This document shows positions 35,883 through 40,000 of a DNA stretch of 40,000 bases, piece by piece. The stretch comes from Calothrix brevissima NIES-22. Lineage in GTDB: Bacteria > Cyanobacteriota > Cyanobacteriia > Cyanobacteriales > Nostocaceae. The notes below the pieces were generated by a model. It was given only the letters and a program-made list of their open reading frames with translations, ran no database searches and was not told the origin of the DNA. How positions within the stretch are numbered: position 1 is the first letter of the stretch; every line of letters starts with the position of its first letter. Both the position numbers and the translations under genes were made by a program. The stretch spans positions 7,935,366 through 7,975,365 of the forward strand of contig AP018207.1 of the NCBI GenBank assembly GCA_002367995.1, read 5' to 3'.

Positions 35883-36422
35883 ATGAGACGTACAACCACT
35901 AGTAGATCGGCTAATAGTTCTCGATCATCTTCATTTCAATCTTCAATATTTAACTTCACCACCATAGCAATTTTGGGGGGTGTGTTTGTGTTGGGAATTG
36001 GAATTGGCATCGCTTTTAGCTCGACAACCACTTTATCGCCATCTAACGTGGCTTCCCGTGAATTTATTGATACCAAAGCACCAAACCCTGAAATTTGCGT
36101 ACAATACGGAGCCAGCGCAATGGTGATGGATGCAAGACTGTTTGTAACTCTTAACCCATTTAATGTCTACGTTGCTCAACCTAGTATGCGTCCTGGATGC
36201 GTTCTTCGTCAAAATAACTGGGCACTTTTAGAACAACGTAAGCTAGTAACATCAGAGCAGGTAAGAGAATGTAAGAATCGTTTGAATACTTTTGGTTTCA
36301 CAGGTAACTTAGATACTGATAAACCTGATATTAGATGTATTTATCAAAATGAAGCTGCGCAAAACTTCTTTATGTCTCAACCAGGAGCAGTTGCGCCCAC
36401 ACAAGAGACGGATAGATTTTAG
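35883..36422 (+). CDS. conserved cyanobacterial membrane-anchored protein (DUF3172-like)
   Basis: N-terminal TM anchor, then ICVQYGASAMVMDARLFVTLNPFNVYV...PGCVLRQNNW. The family name is from memory. Confidence 0.55.
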   Translation: MRRTTTSRSANSSRSSSFQSSIFNFTTIAILGGVFVLGIGIGIAFSSTTTLSPSNVASREFIDTKAPNPEICVQYGASAMVMDARLFVTLNPFNVYVAQPSMRPGCVLRQNNWALLEQRKLVTSEQVRECKNRLNTFGFTGNLDTDKPDIRCIYQNEAAQNFFMSQPGAVAPTQETDRF

Positions 36423-36458
36423 TTAAAAATTTGTTCATTCACCATGCAAATTTACGAA

Positions 36459-36487
36459 CAAAGCCTGCAAAAGCAGGCTTCGTATTT
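36459..36487. terminator. hairpin AAGCCTGC-AAAA-GCAGGCTT between convergent genes
   Basis: 8-bp perfect stem and a T-rich 3' flank on the plus strand. Confidence 0.5.
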
Positions 36488-36536
36488 ATAGCTCCACCCT
36501 TGAGGGTGAGGGCATTTTTGTTTTTTACTGTTTAAT

Positions 36537-37673
36537 CTAATTTTCTAGCCAATTATGATTAATTTCAATGCCTCTGCTCGCCATTGTTTGTATAAATAAA
36601 TCTGTCGGTAATGCTTCTTCTACGGGTGAAACACCAGGTTTTCGCAGTTTACCTTCGAGTAGTAATTGCGCAATACTACCCGTACCACAACCGGAAGCTA
36701 ATGCAGTATTTTCATAGACTAAATTTGCACAATAAATACTTGTTTTACCATCTTTTATTCCAGTAACTTCTGCGCGTACTGCTACCCCAATTCCTGTAAA
36801 AGGATTAGTAACATCAGTCATCAAATGACTGACATGAGATAGAAATTCAATCGTGCCGCGACGTTGCATTAACCATTTAGGAAAGATATGGGCAGCTATC
36901 CAAGTGAGGTGATTATAAAAATCGGGTATTGAACCAAATTTTGTAATTACAGTTTTCACTGAAGGAAAAGAATGAGGCATTGTGAAAGTTTCTGGCATAT
37001 CAAACCAATAAACTCCATTACGTCCATAGGGAGCGGGAAAATTAATAATTTCTCGGTCACTGTAGGGTTTTACTAATTGCCAATTACCATTTATCCAAGC
37101 TTCAAAATTATGTTGTAATCCTAAAAAAGTTGTGCGCATAACTGTAACGCCAGCACCGCCAGAACCAGATACTAAATAACTGAGATGAATTTTTTCTGGT
37201 TTGTCGAATTGCTCAACACATTGCCGCACCATGCTGTTAGAAATACCGGGAAAAATCCCCGTATTAATAATAGCTGTGACATTAGCAGCCGCAGCCTTTT
37301 CGTTATACTCTAAAGCCTTACTCGTATAAGAACGGTGATCGCTAACATCTAAATAGTTAACGCCTTGTTCAATACAAATTTGGAGAACATTAGTATCGCG
37401 GTAGTGAAAAGGCCCAGCACAGTGAATGACTAAATCGGAATTAGCGATCGCATCTCGCAGTCTATCAACTTCCGCCAAGTCCAACAATAAAAACTGCACC
37501 TTTGTGCCTAAATTCCAGTTATTTTTGCTACTTAGCCACTTGGCATCATCCCCCTCAGGCACAGGAGAACGCCCAGTAACTGTAATTTCTGCCTGAGTGT
37601 GGGTGGCTAGATCCTGAGCAACACTGCTACCAATCCGTCCCCTACCTCCAAGAATTAAAACGCGGTTTGTCAT
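36537..37673 (-). CDS. saccharopine dehydrogenase-like NAD(P)-binding protein
   Basis: VLILGGRGRIGSSV Rossmann motif, about 378 aa, two-domain layout. Confidence 0.75.
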   Translation of the reverse strand: MTNRVLILGGRGRIGSSVAQDLATHTQAEITVTGRSPVPEGDDAKWLSSKNNWNLGTKVQFLLLDLAEVDRLRDAIANSDLVIHCAGPFHYRDTNVLQICIEQGVNYLDVSDHRSYTSKALEYNEKAAAANVTAIINTGIFPGISNSMVRQCVEQFDKPEKIHLSYLVSGSGGAGVTVMRTTFLGLQHNFEAWINGNWQLVKPYSDREIINFPAPYGRNGVYWFDMPETFTMPHSFPSVKTVITKFGSIPDFYNHLTWIAAHIFPKWLMQRRGTIEFLSHVSHLMTDVTNPFTGIGVAVRAEVTGIKDGKTSIYCANLVYENTALASGCGTGSIAQLLLEGKLRKPGVSPVEEALPTDLFIQTMASRGIEINHNWLEN

Positions 37674-37772
37674 GAGTACTGCTGGTCAAAACTAGACTTA
37701 TTGCATCAATTTTCAGTTCTAGTTGTCATCGGCAACAAGTAAGACATTGGGTGTTAGGTGGGTAGTAGTTGA

Positions 37773-37996
37773 GGGGCTAGGGACTAGGGGCTAGGGGACA
37801 GGGGCTAGGGACTAGGGACTAGAAGGGGACAAGGGAGACAAGGGAGACAAGGAGGACAAGGGAGAAAAATTACTATTGACTATTGACTATTGACTATTGA
37901 CTATTGACTATTGACTATTGACTATTGACTATTGACTATTGACTATTGACTATTGACTATTGACTATTGACTGTTGCCCCATGCCCAATACCCCAC
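37773..37996. repeat. about 220-bp composite array: GGGGCTA/GGGACTA heptamers, GGGAGACAA nonamers, TATTGAC x about 14, ATGCCCC-type heptamers
   Basis: Read directly. Four repeat families are concatenated. Confidence 0.95.
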
Positions 37997-38086
37997 TAAA
38001 CCTTGTCTGGTTAACCGCCCCAGGATTAGACTCCCTTTATGAGAAAAAATTTTATAAAGTAAAGATAAGTAAAGAAAGTGATAAAA

Positions 38087-38761
38087 ATGGCAGCTTTAAC
38101 CTTAGAAGAAATTTCTGCTCAGTTAGAAAGTGCAAATTTACGCGATCGCATGGTAGCTTTGGCTAATCTCCGCGATGTTCCTTCTGAAGATGCCGTACCT
38201 TTAATTAAAAAGGTGTTGAATGACGACTCTCTGCAACTGCGTTCAATGGCAATTTTTGCCTTGGGAGTGAAACAAACACCAGAAAGTTACCCGCTTTTAG
38301 TCAAAATTTTAGAAACTGACCCAGATTATGGCATCAGAGCCGATGCTGCTGGTGCTTTAGGATATTTAGGCGATCCGAGAGCCTTTGAAGTGCTATCACG
38401 GGCGTTTTATGAAAATACTGATTGGCTAGTCCGCTTTAGTGCAGCAGTTTCTCTAGGCAATATTCAAGATCCCCGCGCCCATGCCATTTTAATTGAAGCG
38501 CTAGATAGTAAAGAAGTCATCATCCAACAAGCTGCGATCGCTGCTTTAGGAGAAATTAAAGACATCGAATCCGTAGATCTCATCCTCCGCTTTGCCCAAG
38601 CCGAAGATTGGCTAGTAAGGCAACGCCTTGCCGAAGCCTTAGGTAATCTGCCCACACCCAAGAGTCTCTCCGCCTTAAAATACCTCGAAAAAGATAGCCA
38701 TCCCCACGTTGCCGAAGCCGCCAGAATTTCCCTGCAACGGCTAGAAAGCACCAGCAATTAA
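38087..38761 (+). CDS. HEAT-repeat (PBS-lyase-type repeat) protein
   Basis: Reiterated ...D..VR..AA.ALG... units (e.g. DYGIRADAAGALGYLGD, DWLVRFSAAVSLGNIQD). ATG at 38087; the track start at 38078 is a GTG. Confidence 0.8.
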   Translation: MAALTLEEISAQLESANLRDRMVALANLRDVPSEDAVPLIKKVLNDDSLQLRSMAIFALGVKQTPESYPLLVKILETDPDYGIRADAAGALGYLGDPRAFEVLSRAFYENTDWLVRFSAAVSLGNIQDPRAHAILIEALDSKEVIIQQAAIAALGEIKDIESVDLILRFAQAEDWLVRQRLAEALGNLPTPKSLSALKYLEKDSHPHVAEAARISLQRLESTSN

Positions 38762-38769
38762 ATTGGGGG

Positions 38770-38860
38770 GGTCAATGGTCATTTGTCAATAGTCATTGGT
38801 CATTTGTCCTCCTTGTCCCCCTTGTCCTCCTTGTCCCCCCTATCCCCTGCCCCCTTCCCC
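38770..38860. repeat. arrays of GGTCATT-type heptamers and CCTTGTCCY nonamers
   Basis: Read directly. Confidence 0.9.
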
Positions 38861-38935
38861 TAACTTTAAGGCACACCTCCTGCTACCTTGTAATAAGTGG
38901 GATGTTCAGCATTTTGATGCAGGTGAGTTTCAGTC

Positions 38936-39502
38936 ATGAATATAGAAGAGTTTTTTGAGTTAAGCGCTGGTAAATGGTTTTCCCATCGTACCAGCCATAT
39001 TTTGGCTTCTCAGGAATCAGAAAGCGGTAAATCAAATATCATCATTGAAATGCTGACAGCAGATCTTCCAGAAGTGATTAAACTGTGTCAAATCAATGAA
39101 GTAAATCCCAGTCATGTTGGTTGTGCGATTAAAGTTACTGGCAGTAGTGCGATCGCGGGTGATAAAGAAAAACACAGTGGAACTAATATACTAGTCTCAA
39201 TCCCCGATGCCGATAACCCCAATCAAGGCAATTTTCTTTGGGACAAGGGTAATGCAGAAAAAGCTTCTGTGGCGGGACGTTATACACTCGGTAGTGACGA
39301 AGCTTTAACACTAACTATACAATCGGAAACCATTTCCACACAGGAGCGTCTCTGGTTTGCTAGCCCTAATTTGCGGATGCGGGTAAGTGTAATCAAACAC
39401 CAAGGCGGCTATAGCTTGACTTCTTTCACATCAGAAATTCGCATGGGTGGCGCTCCCGCAACTGCGAAGGCTGCACCAGCAGCTAATACCGCCTCCAGTT
39501 AA
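38936..39502 (+). CDS. phycobiliprotein chromophore lyase, CpcS/CpeS family
   Basis: [21 protein letters not shown]... and ...[13 protein letters not shown]... patterns characteristic of S-type lyases. Confidence 0.75.
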   Translation: MNIEEFFELSAGKWFSHRTSHILASQESESGKSNIIIEMLTADLPEVIKLCQINEVNPSHVGCAIKVTGSSAIAGDKEKHSGTNILVSIPDADNPNQGNFLWDKGNAEKASVAGRYTLGSDEALTLTIQSETISTQERLWFASPNLRMRVSVIKHQGGYSLTSFTSEIRMGGAPATAKAAPAANTASS

Positions 39503-39533
39503 CTTTCTGACAGTTTGTCTCCGTGCCTTGTGC

Positions 39534-39565
39534 CTCTGCGGTTACATAATTATTAAACCGCAGAG
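39534..39565. repeat. dispersed palindromic element CTCTGCGGTT...AACCGCAGAG (copy 2 of 2)
   Basis: 10-bp arms, flank GAGAACACAGAG as in 16587..16640. Confidence 0.8.
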
Positions 39566-39617
39566 ACGCTGAGAACACAGAGTAAGGGACTTACAAAAAA
39601 TAAATTATCCATATTTC

Positions 39618-39673
39618 GTAGTGCGAGCATCTTGCTCGCTTTTGAACACCAGCGAGCAAGATGCTCGCACTAC
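39618..39673. repeat. 23-bp perfect inverted repeat (GTAGTGCGAGCATCTTGCTCGCT / loop / AGCGAGCAAGATGCTCGCACTAC)
   Basis: Perfect complementarity with a 10-nt loop, read directly. Confidence 0.9.
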
Positions 39674-39790
39674 AAATTTATTGGGTATTTAAAAAATTGG
39701 ATGTCCCTAAGTGTAATATCCACTATATTTAGATTTTGTTTTTAATATTTCTCCTGCGTATTATTACTAGCACCTAATGAATCAAAAAGC

Positions 39791-40000
39791 ATGAACCCAG
39801 AGAGATTAGCCAGACTGCGGGATTTATGCCGCGATGAAGCCGCATTTGCACAGCTACAGCAAATCCTGGGAGATGAAATTCAAACTTTACAGCAAGAAAT
39901 AAATCAAGCAAATTTTCAAATCCAGCGACAAAAAGCATTATTTCGCGTCATTACTCGCCTGCGTCAACCAATCGACTTAGAGACAATTTTTCAAGCCACA
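39791..40000 (+). CDS. 5' part of a signalling protein (coiled-coil then start of a GAF-type domain), runs off the window
   Basis: MNPERLARLRDLCRDEAAF...LFRVITRLRQPIDLETIFQAT resembles the usual N-terminal edge of GAF domains. Truncated by the window end. Confidence 0.45.
   Translation, partial: MNPERLARLRDLCRDEAAFAQLQQILGDEIQTLQQEINQANFQIQRQKALFRVITRLRQPIDLETIFQAT

Noticed and set aside
35584-35895. 103-aa minus-strand ORF between the GT2 and DUF3172-like genes
   Set aside because: No RBS or motifs and an odd composition. It overlaps the start of the plus-strand gene at 35883, which has better support.

Overview
This window is a nitrogen-fixation (nif) region from a filamentous, probably heterocyst-forming cyanobacterium. 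The taxonomic call rests on abundant HIP1 GCGATCGC sites, tandem 7-9 nt STRR-type arrays in most intergenic gaps, and fdxH/hesAB/cox gene content. The strain cannot be identified from sequence alone.

Minus strand, 30235 to 14947, holds one long collinear cluster: nifB-fdxN-nifS-nifU-nifH-nifD-nifK, a Cys-rich ORF, a fused nifE-nifN, nifX, DUF269, DUF683, nifW, hesA, hesB and fdxH. A short nifV-nifZ-nifT operon diverges from it on the plus strand (32200..33947). Converging on fdxH is a cox operon (10187..14802) whose CoxB lacks the CuA ligands (ARTO/quinol-oxidase type). Two paralogous DUF2231-like membrane genes precede it.

A second, stand-alone nifB-fdxN pair lies at 3692..1849. Between it and the cox operon sit a quinone-oxidoreductase-like gene, a VapBC pair and a Uma2-family gene.

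The most unusual locus is an unannotated 54-aa peptide ORF (7531..7695) upstream of a 611-aa protein built from two tandem RimK-type ATP-grasp modules (7896..9731). The peptide has a double-glycine-like motif followed by an acidic, hexaproline core. I propose this as a candidate novel RiPP-like system.

Other observations:
- A conserved upstream module occurs in three copies (both nifB genes and, inverted, the nifV side).
- Conserved inverted repeats link each nifB start codon to a distal upstream site.
- The nifE-nifN fusion linker is encoded by intergenic-type repeats.
- Repeat arrays supply the C-termini or stop codons of several genes.
- A 21-nt perfect inverted repeat brackets nifHDK.

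The right end carries housekeeping-type genes: GT2 glycosyltransferase, DUF3172-like, saccharopine-dehydrogenase-like, HEAT-repeat, CpcS-family lyase and a partial GAF-type protein.

All family calls come from reading motifs in the translations. No database search was run.
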